A stretch of 52,832 nt of DNA, filler included, from Bipalium vagum (Eukaryota), in the NCBI GenBank assembly GCA_037834085.1. It is 3 parts of 3 records of this genome, joined end to end, with 100 filler letters (N's around TTAATTAATTAA, not from the genome) between each part and the next. Parts side by side here need not be neighbours in the genome. Positions count along the whole stretch, not along the records: positions 17,035 to 34,432 come from JBBMKC010067920.1; positions 34,533 to 52,832 come from JBBMKC010033552.1; 1 more part is not named here. One strand, given 5' to 3'. Numbering within the stretch: the stretch's first letter is position 1; every line of letters begins with the position of its first letter. A model generated the notes under the pieces. That model saw nothing but the letters and a program-made list of their open reading frames with translations, was not told the DNA's origin and did not search any database. A program made the translations under genes and the position numbers. Positions 27,460 through 39,824 of the stretch are shown piece by piece.

Positions 27460-28040
27460 AAAACCACAGTGGCCTATACAATAAAGTGATGCCATGAAAC
27501 TGGATTTAATTCAAACAAGCCATGTATCAGAAGACATGGATTTGTTATGCAACAAGATAATGATCCAAAACATACTGCTAACATATGTCAGAGTTATCTA
27601 AGGCAAAAAAAGATAGATGAGACTTTGCGAATAATGGATTGGCCACTACAATCTCTCCGGGTTTGAATCTCATAGACTTACTCTGGGATGAATTTGATCG
27701 TCTGGTCAGTAAAAATACCATTATTCTCAGGAAAAACTCTGGAACATATTGGAATATGAATGGAATAATTTAGAATCATCTAAATTTTAAAATTTTATAA
27801 ATAGAATGCCCAGAATTGTTAAAGCCGTATTGAAAGCAAAAGGCGCATTTTTAAAGAAGAGACAGTTTGATCATTTTATTTTAAAGTCTTAATTTCAAAT
27901 TCTTTTAATTAAATAAATGTTGAAGGTCTCTATAATTTATTGTTTCCATACATGATTTTTTACTTACGTGAAAGTTTTAATTAGAATTTGCTAATTTATC
28001 ATTATAATATTAAGTGTTCCAATACTTTTGCACTGGAGTG
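27460..28040 (+). mobile_element. Tc1 (DD34E) element, 3' half
   Basis: FVMQQDNDPKHTANICQSYL..IMDWPLQS, then LNLIDLLWDEFDR and INRMPRIVKAVLKAKG. Tc1-type TIR GTGTTCCAATACTTTTGCACTGGAGTG + TA. Confidence 0.85.
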
Positions 28041-30479
28041 TACATCGGTCATTTATAGATTACGTGTTTAAATTCTATTATATTCTGCATTTCTATTGTT
28101 TTAATTGTGAAGAATTTTTCTCACTATAATTTCCATTCAGAAAGAGATATCCTTTAATCTCCCATTTTTCGACTAAATATGCCATCTTGAATCATGAGTG
28201 GTGAAGTGAGTTCTCATTTGTTAATTGTCAAGAGCAGTGGATCTTTAAATATTTCTTTTGCTAATTTGTAATCATTTAGGATTGTTACTTAATAAAAATT
28301 CTTCAATAAGCGTTAAAGATCATGATAAAGATATTCCAAATTGTTACCGATATATAGGGTTAATTTAATATTAGAATTATCCTTCATTGTTGCTTTTGGT
28401 ACTCTTTCTCGACATTTATTTTTAACAATTAATTAAGAATATCTGGATAAAGTTTGACTCATTGATTTTATGCAATAGATAATTGTTAAACGATGAAATT
28501 TATACATCTTACATAAAATTTGTAATCCCCGGAAATTTCGGAAATTTGAAATCTTCCAAGTTCATAACATATATTTAAGATGAAATACATTTTATGGCAT
28601 TGCAGAGAAATATTTAATTTACAAAATAAAAATATTATTGACTTTATTATTATTATTATTATTATTATATTAATTGTTATTATTAATATGGTTTAATAAG
28701 AGAAAATACTTTTAATTAATTATTTATATTTACAAATAATTTTAAAGAAAAATAATTTAATAAGTAGATTTTCAAATAAATTTTTTGAGAGATGAAAGTG
28801 ATTAAGAACTCAGAAAATCTAAACATTTTTCAAAAATTCACTGTTGAAATATTATTCACTGAAGAATAATAATAAAAAATCAAAATATAATTTATTTATA
28901 ATAATATTAATTAAAATACAACAAAAGGGGAATTTAATATTTATATTTACTCATACATATTTTGTGCCTATTTAATACCTAATTATAATAATAATAATAA
29001 AAAGAAATAATAAAAAAAAATAATAATATTAATAATAATAATATCATGCTTAATTAGTTTATAAAAATAATTTTGAAATGAAGTAAAAAAAAATATTATA
29101 ATTAATATAAATTAAATTCTTACTATGAAAGATTCATAATTATCAAAACTTCGCCGTCACTTTTCCCATCAAATCAATCAAACTATCTCAAGAAGAAAGT
29201 ATATCCTTTCTCAAGCAAATTAATAATTGAAAATATTTAAACTTTATTTTTATTATTCTCTACCGTTATCACGCGCTTAAATATTCTCCAAGGCTCAAAG
29301 CTGTTCTAAGTAAACGGTCTGTTTTGTCAGTCGTCGGATCATAATATTAAACTTGAAAGTTAAAATAACAAAAGCAAGGGTTAAATAAATAAAATAACTT
29401 TTAACTATAAATTGATTACGTTTCTGCTTTTATTTCAGAAAAATAATTAAATAAATTTCCCGTGATAATATATAAATAAACAGATAAACATTTTTAATAT
29501 TTTTATGAAAAACAATTGATTTTTTTTCCATCCACGATAACTGATAATGATAATTGCTTTAAATCGCCAAATTAAAAAATTCTTACTATGTCAGAAAAAA
29601 AATAATAAAAATCTCTTGAGTATATCCAGATATTTATTAATTATGTGAGAAATATTTTGAATGGATTTAGTTCATTTGAAAAAGCGCCAAGATAGAAATT
29701 AATTAATTCACAAAAATGAAGAAAAAATTATAATTAATAAATAAACAAAGGATCCAATTTTTTATACTCTGAAATTAATTTATTTATTAAGAATAAAATA
29801 TTTCTATAAAATCTTATTATAATGAATTAAATATTAATAAAAAATTATATATATTAATAAAATAAATATTAATTAACACAAATTTAATATTGAAAAAGAT
29901 TAAAATCATAAAGAATGAGATAGAAATATCAATATTTATTAAAATTAAAACTGTAATGCTCTTATCAAACAGACATTATACAGCTTTGGGACAATTTTAT
30001 TTAATTATAAGTTATATATTCAAAAAAATTGAATAAATTTTTTATGTTAGACATTATATTTTGGAAAGGATGCATAAAATTTCAAAAAATAATCATCATC
30101 ATATATTTTTTATTTTTTGAGACAAAAGAAGACACTGAAAATTATTTTAAGCTTCCCAATATGCTTCATTAAAATCGACTTTCAAAGTTTAATATAATAT
30201 AGATTTTTTAGAGATAAAACAAAAGAAAATCGAAATTAACATTTTTATTTAAAGAATTGCACTGGACAACTCTTTTTGAAATTTTAATAAGCTCATAATT
30301 CAAATAAATATTTTAAAGATAATTTCAACACGCTGATGCCAATAATGCAAATCCCGTTTTATCATAGCACTTCTCAATTTTCGTAAAATACATATAACGG
30401 TTTTTGCAAAAATAATATTATCGTAATAAAATATTTATTTTAAATAACCAGAAAAAGTATAAAAAATTATTACATATTT

Positions 30480-30860
30480 TTTAGCATTTACCCTTGAATG
30501 AAGAACAGGTAACATAGCAGGTGGTAAAATCGAGTATTTAATGTATTTCCTCCCTTTGCAATGTACCCTTGAATGAAAAGAGATAAGAGAAAAGTCAGTA
30601 ACATGATCTGTAGGCTCAGGCCTAACAATGTGTTCAAAAAATGAGAAACCTTCACCAGAATCATTTGACCATTTTTTTATTTGATTAATACAGTCCGTGC
30701 AACATATATGAGGAGTCCAATGTTTATCTTGGTCACCTACTTTGCATCCAAAGTATAACTAGATAAAACTTGGTATTATCATTTAATATTTTCGGATTTC
30801 TTCTGATTATTCATAATCAAGAAATGTACCAGAATTTATTTGGTGATTTTTTACATTAAT
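30480..30860 (-). mobile_element. Chapaev3-like (CMC) transposase N-terminal Cys-rich fragment
   Basis: YFGCKVGDQDKHWTPHICCTDCINQIKKW..EPTDHVTD..IKYSILPPAMLPVLHS matches the GDQDKxWAPH / REPxxHxxDCYFC / YPxLPSAxRPVPH signature. Truncated. Confidence 0.7.
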
Positions 30861-31014
30861 AAAATAATTTTAAATATTTTTTTATTTATTAATTTTGAGA
30901 AGGAATTTCGTATACATCTTTGTAAAAAACCTTTACACCAACGATAGGTTGAGTAAGATTTTAAGAATTATTTTTAATAAATTAAATGATAATTTATTAT
31001 GTTTAAACCAAATA

Positions 31015-31150
31015 NNNNNNNNNNNNNNNNNNNNNNNNNNNNNNNNNNNNNNNNNNNNNNNNNNNNNNNNNNNNNNNNNNNNNNNNNNNNNNNNNNNNNN
31101 NNNNNNNNNNNNNNNNNNNNNNNNNNNNNNNNNNNNNNNNNNNNNNNNNN
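31015..31150. other. Assembly gap
   Basis: Run of N. Confidence 1.
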
Positions 31151-31599
31151 ATTAATAAAGCTTTCAATTTCGAATAAACTGTTATGAAGCCATATGTTGA
31201 AAACAAAAAAAATGTTCAGGCCCTCAACGAAACTCTTAGGATAAACAATTCGAAAATTATAAATAGACCTACCCAGTTACTGCCTTTTCATTAATTTTTG
31301 CTGAAATTTTCTTTCTGAGACTTCTTATTAATATTATAATCAATGCATTGTAGTGAAAGCCTATTGAAATTATAGTCAAACAGAAAAGGAGATATGCATG
31401 GGTATTGAGTAAAATTTAATTATGTTAGTGATATAAATTGTATAATAAAAACTTATAAGATAGATGACCAAGAAGTTGAGCTAGTGTGACAGTGGCAGAT
31501 TTTACCAATGAATCTTTTTCTCCAGTGGAATACATTATTGGAATTCATTTTACTAACTTTGAATAAAGATTGATTTGACGTCTCCTCGTATATTAAGTC

Positions 31600-33000
31600 T
31601 ATTTATATTGACATAATTTTTCTGTCAATAAGACGTAGCAAAACCATTTAACCATTTCCTTGTTATATGGTATATATTTGGGGTAGGCATAATTTTCTAT
31701 CGTTTTAAAACAAAGTATTTGTATTGGTATTTAAAAAATAACATGGTACATTTAACCAAAATATACTGCGCCAAAATGATCCTCCAATTTGAAAACGAAT
31801 AATAAAAGCATTTATGTGATAGTTATACTGAATTTTTATTTCCCCGGAAATCATAATTCATATATAAGTAATATATAAGGATTTTATAATCACGTGAATT
31901 TCTATGTAGTATAAAATGGCTAAATTTGCTTACGGTGAGCTTAGCGAATTTGAAAAAGAAAAAAAAATTGGCATGCTTGAAGCTAGATTTTCCCTCAAAC
32001 CTGTAGCATATTGGTAGAATAGATGACAAGAAACTGAGAGTATTGAACGCAAAGAAGGTTGTTAGTGACAGTTTTCATGTTGAGCCCATGGAATGAACAA
32101 TTTGCTATTCTATTCGGAAATCTCGATTCAAGTCTTACAGGCTTCAAAGACAACAGAACTTAGCTTTACAAAGTCTTTCTCTTAGAAGTTTACATCCCCG
32201 TATTATGCAGTTAGTTTTTTGTTTATTTCGGTGGATTATCAGAATTTCATTGACTCCACTTAATCGTTCTAGCTTGTTAATGTTGTGCAATGGAAGATTT
32301 CATTTGTCTAATGAAAGTTTGCAGATAGCGGGTTTTAACGACGAATCACAGTTCTGCTTGGATGTGCCAGATGAAAGAGTTCGAGTCAGACTGCAAATTA
32401 CAGAGCGATTGTTGGATTGTTGCATCGTACAACAATTGAAATTCTTACTTTCGACGATATTTTGCAAAGAGGATTTGATTTCATTAGAGATAATGTTTTT
32501 TTCAGGCAGCCCTTTATAGAAAAGGCCTAACTTATCGCAGTTAAATATATCATTTTGATCATATTGTTAATTTATTGTGGAAATTTGATACTACGTCTCC
32601 ATTAATCAAATCGAACTCGCCAATTATTTTATAGGATTATATTTGTTGTCTTCGTTTGAAAGATTGTAACCACCCAGATAATTCATTAAAATTTTCTATA
32701 TTTAATTGTTTGGAAAAATCAAGAGCCTTCGATTTTAATATGTCATCAGTTATTACGAAATTCTTTTGTATCTTCTGTTGAAACCATTGATAAGCTATAC
32801 CATCAATATCCATGGTTTGATAAAGATTTTGTTTCCTCTTATGTTTTTCATTGATTGTTATAATTTTATTTGCTTATTTTAAAATTACGTTCATACATCC
32901 TTATGAATATTTGTATTGCTCAGCCAGTTTTCTCTGTGACATCGGATGATTGATCTTAATTTTATTTGTATTTTCAAGCATTCATTCAAAAATATTATTT
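31600..33000 (-). mobile_element. Decayed pogo/Tigger (CENP-B-type) transposon
   Basis: SQRKLAEQYK, DIDGIAYQWFQQKIQKNFVITDDILKSKALDFSKQLNIENFNELSGWLQSFKRR (CENP-B HTH), YDQNDIFNCDKLGLFYKGLPEK (first D). The part below ~32400 is rearranged and uncertain. Confidence 0.75.
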
Positions 33001-34432
33001 GGAAAAATAAATTAAAAATAATTATTCAACGTACTTGCATTGTATTTAAATATATTTATAGCAATTAAATTTAGCTACCTAAACATATTTTCAAATTAAG
33101 CAGGTTACAATTTACGGATTATTATGGATTTCGAAAATCTGCAATGTTCAATGTTCACACAATGTTCAACTTACAGAATCCAATTTATTCTACGATTTAA
33201 AGGCACCGTTCTGAAAATTTTAAAATTAGTTTATCTAGAAAAATGTGATCAATTTAATTAGACACTATAATAACGAACAATCAAATCTGACACTGACTAA
33301 TGTAATTATATTATATATGATGTTATATTTTTTTCAAATAACAAATAATCACGTGTCCATTGTCTTGCAAAAAATCTGGTTATGTATTATATTATAATAT
33401 TGAAAATTAAAACAATCTTTTTATATGAAAATCTTTATTCAAATAGTTTCTGAACTTTAAATACACCTTATAGAAATAAGGTACATCACAATACATGTTT
33501 AGGGAAGACTCACAAATGATCTCACTGTACAAAAATTATTAATTTTCAACTTAGAATATGGAATTTAATAATAAAATAAATAATATAATTAATTAAATAA
33601 TAATAATAAATATTATTATTATTTAACTTTTATTTCCTGAATAAAATATAAAAGTATATTTATTATATTATGTAAATAAACTTTTCAGATATAACTTATC
33701 AGCAGTAATCATCAAATGAGGCGATACTTTATTATCTGAAAACACCGTATAATATAACAGCGAAAACGAAGTAAAACATATGTGAAACGCTCGCAAGAAA
33801 CGCCATTGTAGATCGGCTTACTTTTAATAATAAATTTCATTTCATGTTATTCAACAAATATTCTATTTTTTCCTACATGATGAAGGATGCAAAACTGCAT
33901 TTCTGGTAAGGTCGGCTTTAGAAAGTTCAACAAAACAAAGATTTATACTACAAAATGGCAGTAAGAATTGTAATAATATATTAATAATTATTAACATATC
34001 TTAGACAGAAATAATTTTATAAATAATTTTACTTTTATAACACGACTATCTGCAATTGATTTTATTTAATAATAATTATAATTAGCGGAAAATATTATCA
34101 GTGCCTTTATACATTGAAATTTGCAAATGAGAAATTTATTAAAATAATTATTTTAATTTAAAATTAATCTACCAAGAGAATTGATCAATATTTTGAAAAA
34201 ACTGTGCTTTTTAATTTGTAATAATTTTTAAGCTTTAATTCAAATTATTATTTATGATAATTAATAAATTGCAATGTAAACCTCAGTAAATTAAAACAAA
34301 TAAAAAATAAACTTGTTTTTGATAGCTAATACGAACTAACTAAACAAATGTTTATTTAAGAAGTTAATTAAAAACCAAAAAACAACCAGTATGAATATTT
34401 ATTAACGTTACTTAAATTTTCTTAAATTTCAT

Positions 34433-34532
34433 NNNNNNNNNNNNNNNNNNNNNNNNNNNNNNNNNNNNNNNNNNNNTTAATTAATTAANNNNNNNNNNNN
34501 NNNNNNNNNNNNNNNNNNNNNNNNNNNNNNNN
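34433..34532. other. Artificial 100-bp contig spacer (44 N + TTAATTAATTAA + 44 N)
   Basis: Same as 16935-17034. Confidence 0.95.
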
Positions 34533-34619
34533 AACCCTCACTCTCAACAGAAAATTTGGTAAATATCTTTGAAAATATTCTTTATCGTTTCAACCTACTA
34601 AATACCGTATTTTTAAATT

Positions 34620-35700
34620 TTTTATACCATGAGAGAATGTTTTAATTCCATCGTTCCAAATAAATCGTTTATCATCAACAGGTGATAAAGCTTTTTTTAG
34701 TTATTTCATAATAAAATAAATTGTGCAAATCGGAATTTTTATGATTTTGAGTTCTGTAAAATATTTGTTCGTATAATAAAGTATTTCTATAATCATCAAA
34801 ATTTATATATTTGTCTTGAATGATTTATTTATAACATTTTGATTTTAAAAATACTATTTCTAATAAAATGTTTCCATTCATTTCATCTTTAAATTTTCCT
34901 ATAACTTTCGCATTTTCATCTGAATATAAAAAATGATTTTTTGGATAATCAGATGCATCAAGTTTATCTTTTATATTTTCTAAATCTTTATAAACATTCT
35001 TTATAAGTATTTAAAAAGTAAGAGTCAGTATCGAATTCGTCTATTTCATTCCATATAATTTGTTTATTGTACTAAAATAAATAAATATTTTAACATTTTA
35101 TGATGAATAACATATTTTTCTTTATCATATAAATCTAAAATTAATTTTGAAACCAAGGCTCTGCCTCTTCTCAACTTTTCTGAGTCTTTTCTTAATTTAT
35201 TATCTTCGTCTTTTAAATGTTGTTTGTTTTTGAAAGATAATTCTACTCCTATTGTTCTTTTATAATGAAATAAAGGAAAATTCTTTTTTTCTAAATTGTC
35301 ATTATTATATTCTAAGTCACATTCAATGAAACAACCTCTTAATTTTTATTAATTTCTTTTAAATTAGAAAATTAATTTTCAACTTCCCATTTAAAATCTC
35401 CTATAGATATTTTTTAAATATTATCCGTCCATATAAGTTATTCGCATCTAAATGTAAAATATAATTATCATTTTTTGAAGAGTAACCTTTTTCTTATATT
35501 TTTAATAAATTTATTTTTAAATCAGTTTTATTGAACTGAAATCTTACGTAATTGTTTATTATTTTTCCATACCAATTTTCATCTGTCCAGTCTTAAGAAT
35601 AAAAACCTTTTTGTTGAATTAAATAAAATTTTTCTTCTTTAGTAAATTCATGTTTTAAAATTCTCAACTTCTTTTGAAAATGATTTTCAACATTTCTGAT
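34620..35700 (-). pseudogene. Heavily deleted protein-primed DNA polymerase B (Polinton/adintovirus-like), second lineage
   Basis: Minus strand in order: LIQQKGFYS*DWTD, YILHLDANNLYG (motif A), RGCFIECDLEY, KLILDLYDKEKYVIHHKML, FDTDSYF (motif C), DKLDASDYPKNHFLYSDENAKVIGKFKDEMNG, KALSPVDDKRFI. Confidence 0.85.
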
Positions 35701-36559
35701 AACAGAGAAATTCTTGGGTCCGAGTTTAATTCTCTTCTGGTAATTTTGGACAATTCACTCAGTGAAATTTTCTGCCTCTTATTGCACAAATTTTTGCCTT
35801 TTTATGACTTGTACTTTCTGTTCTTTTAATAGCCATATGGATATTTAATTTGAATTAACTAAAATTGTAAAAAGTTTAATATTTAAACATTAATCCGAAA
35901 GTTTTAAAAATTATTCAGAGCTTTCCGATTGTGGATCATGAGGTTTTGAATTAAAGAATCAGATTTGTCTGGAAATGTTCGAAAATTAACGAAATAATTA
36001 ATGAGGGTTGACTGTATAAAAAACAAAATATCGATTATTTATTGAAAAACACTTTTTCGGATAATATTACATAATCCCAATAGTTTCCGATAATTTTATT
36101 TTTTCATGGACGTTATGCAAACTTCAAAACCAGAATTATTTTTACTATGGAATATATTAATTGATTTAAAATTTCGTAAAATTCGAAGAATTTTCTCAAT
36201 AATCCGATTTGATCTACTGTGTTTAATTTTAAAAAAACTCAAAAAGATCAAATTCTATTTAATTGTTCTTTGGTTATCAGTAAAATTTAGATCTTTCTTT
36301 GCAACAACTCAGCTTAACTACAATGTAAAGCCAAATTGAAATAAGAACAAATCTTTAAACTTCTAACTAAATTTTAATTGTTCAATAAAAATTATAATAG
36401 AAAAACCAAATAGAAATTAATAATTATATCCATTATTAGAAATCAAAAAATAATAACAATTAAGTACCAAAAACTCATTTTCCCATTGTTAAATTAAATC
36501 CAACAGAATTAAGGCTAAGCAAAATAAAAAATCATTTGCTTATCACTCATCATCAACTT

Positions 36560-38397
36560 TCACATGTTAAAATTCCTAGTGTAATCGTACTCGATCGTTG
36601 GAATAACTGCTTGGACAAATTTCAAGAAGATCACAATATATTGATGCACCCCCAAAATAGCGCCTCCTTCAGCAACGGCTTCGATCAATTTTTTCATCAC
36701 TTCTGCTTGACGACAAGGATGTACGGAAGCCATTAAAACACTACCTGGCAGATGGGGATGAACTTCCATTGTCACGGTTTTCTTGACATGATCCTGGCTG
36801 AAATCCTCAAACATTTGCTCCTCAGTCAATAAAGATCGATCTTCATCATAACCGCACAGCCACAAGCGACATGTTTGATACAATTTATCATACGTGATTT
36901 GCAAATCATAAGTCCTAGTTTGGATAATGTCTGATTGAGCATCATCAAGTGATTTTCCCGGTTCTTTGTCGACCGATTGCGTTTTGCTAACCGGGGCAAT
37001 TAAGTCATCCTGTTTATCCAAAGTTGAAAAATCATGATCAATTTCATTTGTAAATCATAATATAGCAAAAGATTTTGCGAATGCATGACTCCGAAGTTTT
37101 TATTATTTTTATTTATTAACGATAATTTCTATTTTCAAACCTATCACATCTTGGCATAAAATACAACATACCAAAAACTTCAACAAACTTATTAACAATA
37201 CTTACATAAACTTCTCAAAATTATTATGCATATTAATGTTTATTGATTATTCAACACATGATCAATCTTTATATTTTTATCAATTATTATTGGATCAAAA
37301 AATCATAACTATTTTCCAAAATGAATATCATTTTTGTTTAATTTAATTTTGTTTTTATCAATTAAAGAAAACATTGATTTCCATATTGATATAAATTCGA
37401 ATAGATTATAAAAAGAATTATTAATAACGATGAATAAAAAAAAAATTTTCAAAATAAAATTATAACTAAATTTTTTAGATGTATCAAGCCAAAAACCACA
37501 AAATAATTTTCCTTCTTTTAATACAAAACATAAAAATTATTATTTTTATTAGTTTTTATCTTTTCTTAATATTCTTATATCTTAAAGATAATTAAAATAT
37601 AAAATATATATAATATAGATACTTAAATATAATATCGACTGGTTTTGAAAGGATCATTTACAAATAATCTTTAAGACGATTATAAATAACTTCAAATAGT
37701 CAAATAATGTTTTCATAAACATTTTAGTCAAATTAGATTTAATTTTTTTGAGTGAATTTACATAGTTTAAAAAAATCTCTAGTTTTTAATATTATTATTA
37801 TTTAATAGTTTAGAACAATCGATACTAATACTACTACTAATAATAATCTCACATCTTCTAACTGATATTCACCTTTCATAAAGGCAGCCATGTCAACGGC
37901 TTCATCATTATCATCATCGTCTTCAGTATCAAAAGTACTGACGCTTCTTTTATCACACTTCTTATCTTTCAATGTCATTTCAGAAGCTTTTTCCGTTAAA
38001 GTAGAACTTATATCATCTATAAAAAAATTAAAATATAATCCATTTATTTAAAACCTGCATGGAAAGCATCAACCCATCCACCATCGGGATCTTCCGGCTC
38101 AATGAGTTTTTCTGTTTGATTTTGATTGGAAAACAAATGACTAACCCTTTTATGACACGGTAAATTTCGGGTAATAAGATACTGCTTGTCAGGTGGTAAA
38201 AAACTCTTTCGCTTAGTTGGATCGCCACAGGCCCACTGCCAGGTTGGACAATGATAAACTATGAAATCTCCTGAAGCAACAAATTCATCTGGGTTAATAA
38301 CACCTGTTTCTTTAAACTTTGATTCCTTTAATACTGGAGTTAGAAATTCTGCCACGCCTTGGGCAGTTCTGGTTACAACTTGCATCATAGTGTGCAT
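36560..38397 (-). CDS. ATG3: Autophagy E2-like conjugating enzyme ATG3, 3 exons, ~318 aa
   Basis: Exons 38397-38055, 38016-37853, 37009-36560; GT-AG introns of 38 and 843 bp; phases join to 957 nt. Motifs [36 protein letters not shown], catalytic [20 protein letters not shown]. Confidence 0.95.
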
Positions 38398-39824
38398 ACT
38401 TAACTTAATATATAATCGAATTAATTAGTAAAAATAAAAAATAATTAGAGACACAATTGAGTAAATTTAATGTATTATTAATGACAATTTTGAATTAAAA
38501 GAATATTTATATTAACACTTATATTAAGATTTACTACCGTATTCTAAACTTAAGTAGTTAAACAAATACATAATATAAAAACATTTACTCTGAGGCTACT
38601 TTCTATCAAATTTAAATTAATTAAAATTTTCAAAATTATAATTATACTTTCATGATTTTAAAAAAAGGAAAATTTTTTTGTATTGAAAAAATTCTGTATT
38701 TGAGAAAATTATCAACAACTATGTAACTTCTCTACTCAAGTAAACTAACCATAAAAAAGATTTTATTGAATGTTTATTATATTAAAAGTAAATTCTACTA
38801 TTGAAATTATATTTCAATAATGTTCTCTTTCACACTTAGTTTTGTTAAAATTATGTATCTACAACTTATGTACATCTATTTTTTAATTTAAATTTTAACA
38901 TTAACTCATTAAATGTAATTTAGAATTTGAATTGAAAGTGAAATTTCTTTATTATTAATTATTGTAATATGTAAAATTTATTTTTTAAAAAATTTGAAAA
39001 CATTTTACATACTTTAACTTATATTTAAATATTTTTTATATTGTAATTAACTTTTTACAATATTTAAAACATAAAACAGAAATGTACTTAAAAATTGAAA
39101 ATAATGCATTTTTAAGTATATTGCAAAATATATTATTTTACACAATATTTTCAATATTTCACTTTGATAAGATTGAGAAACATTTCAATGATAGATTTAA
39201 ATTTTTAATAATTTGAAAATTTTTTATTTGTTGAAAATTTTTTATTTGTTGAAATAAAATCAATGTATAAAGTCTGAAAAAGACATTCTATAGTCTGATA
39301 TTACATTTTAATAAAATTATATGATTTTGATGCACGACTTGTCTAAATTAAATTTCAAAAAGAATAATTCTTCAATTAATGTTTTGTGTCAAGTACGTAA
39401 ATTATCAATCACAAATATTTTATTTTAATGACACTAAATGTTTTTAATGTTAATTTCCTACAATTCTGAAATTTTATAAAAATAAATAAAATAATTATTA
39501 TTTGTCAAAAGTAAAAAATACTAACAAAGTTTACTTACAAATCATGATTATTCAAGTTATTTTTAAAAAATAATTTTATTTTAATGTAAAAACTTATTTA
39601 CTAATAAATTTTTAGAGTAATAAAAATAGAGAAATTGACATAAAAAATTCATTTACTTTACACAAAAAATCGTTCATTTTAAAACAGTTATGGACAAGTT
39701 TGAAGAAAAAACCAATAAAAAGATTTGTACTTGGCAAAATGTTACAATAGATAGTTCAAAGGGTATTTGTGTTAAACTACCATTTAAAGTAGACATTGCA
39801 ACTTTCTAAGTAACAGATTTTACA

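Noticed and set aside
29140-29385. piggyBac-like end AAGGG-TTAA
   Set aside because: No matching opposite terminus found.
15506-31206. ORFs containing X runs (15506-15721, 30895-31206)
   Set aside because: Artefacts of N gaps.
32205-32519. 104-aa plus-strand ORF
   Set aside because: Antisense to or inside the decayed Tigger region; no domain recognised.
33590-33630. AT-only palindrome TAAATAATAATAAT..ATTATTATTATTTA
   Set aside because: Expected from abutting (AAT)n/(ATT)n tracts in very AT-rich DNA.
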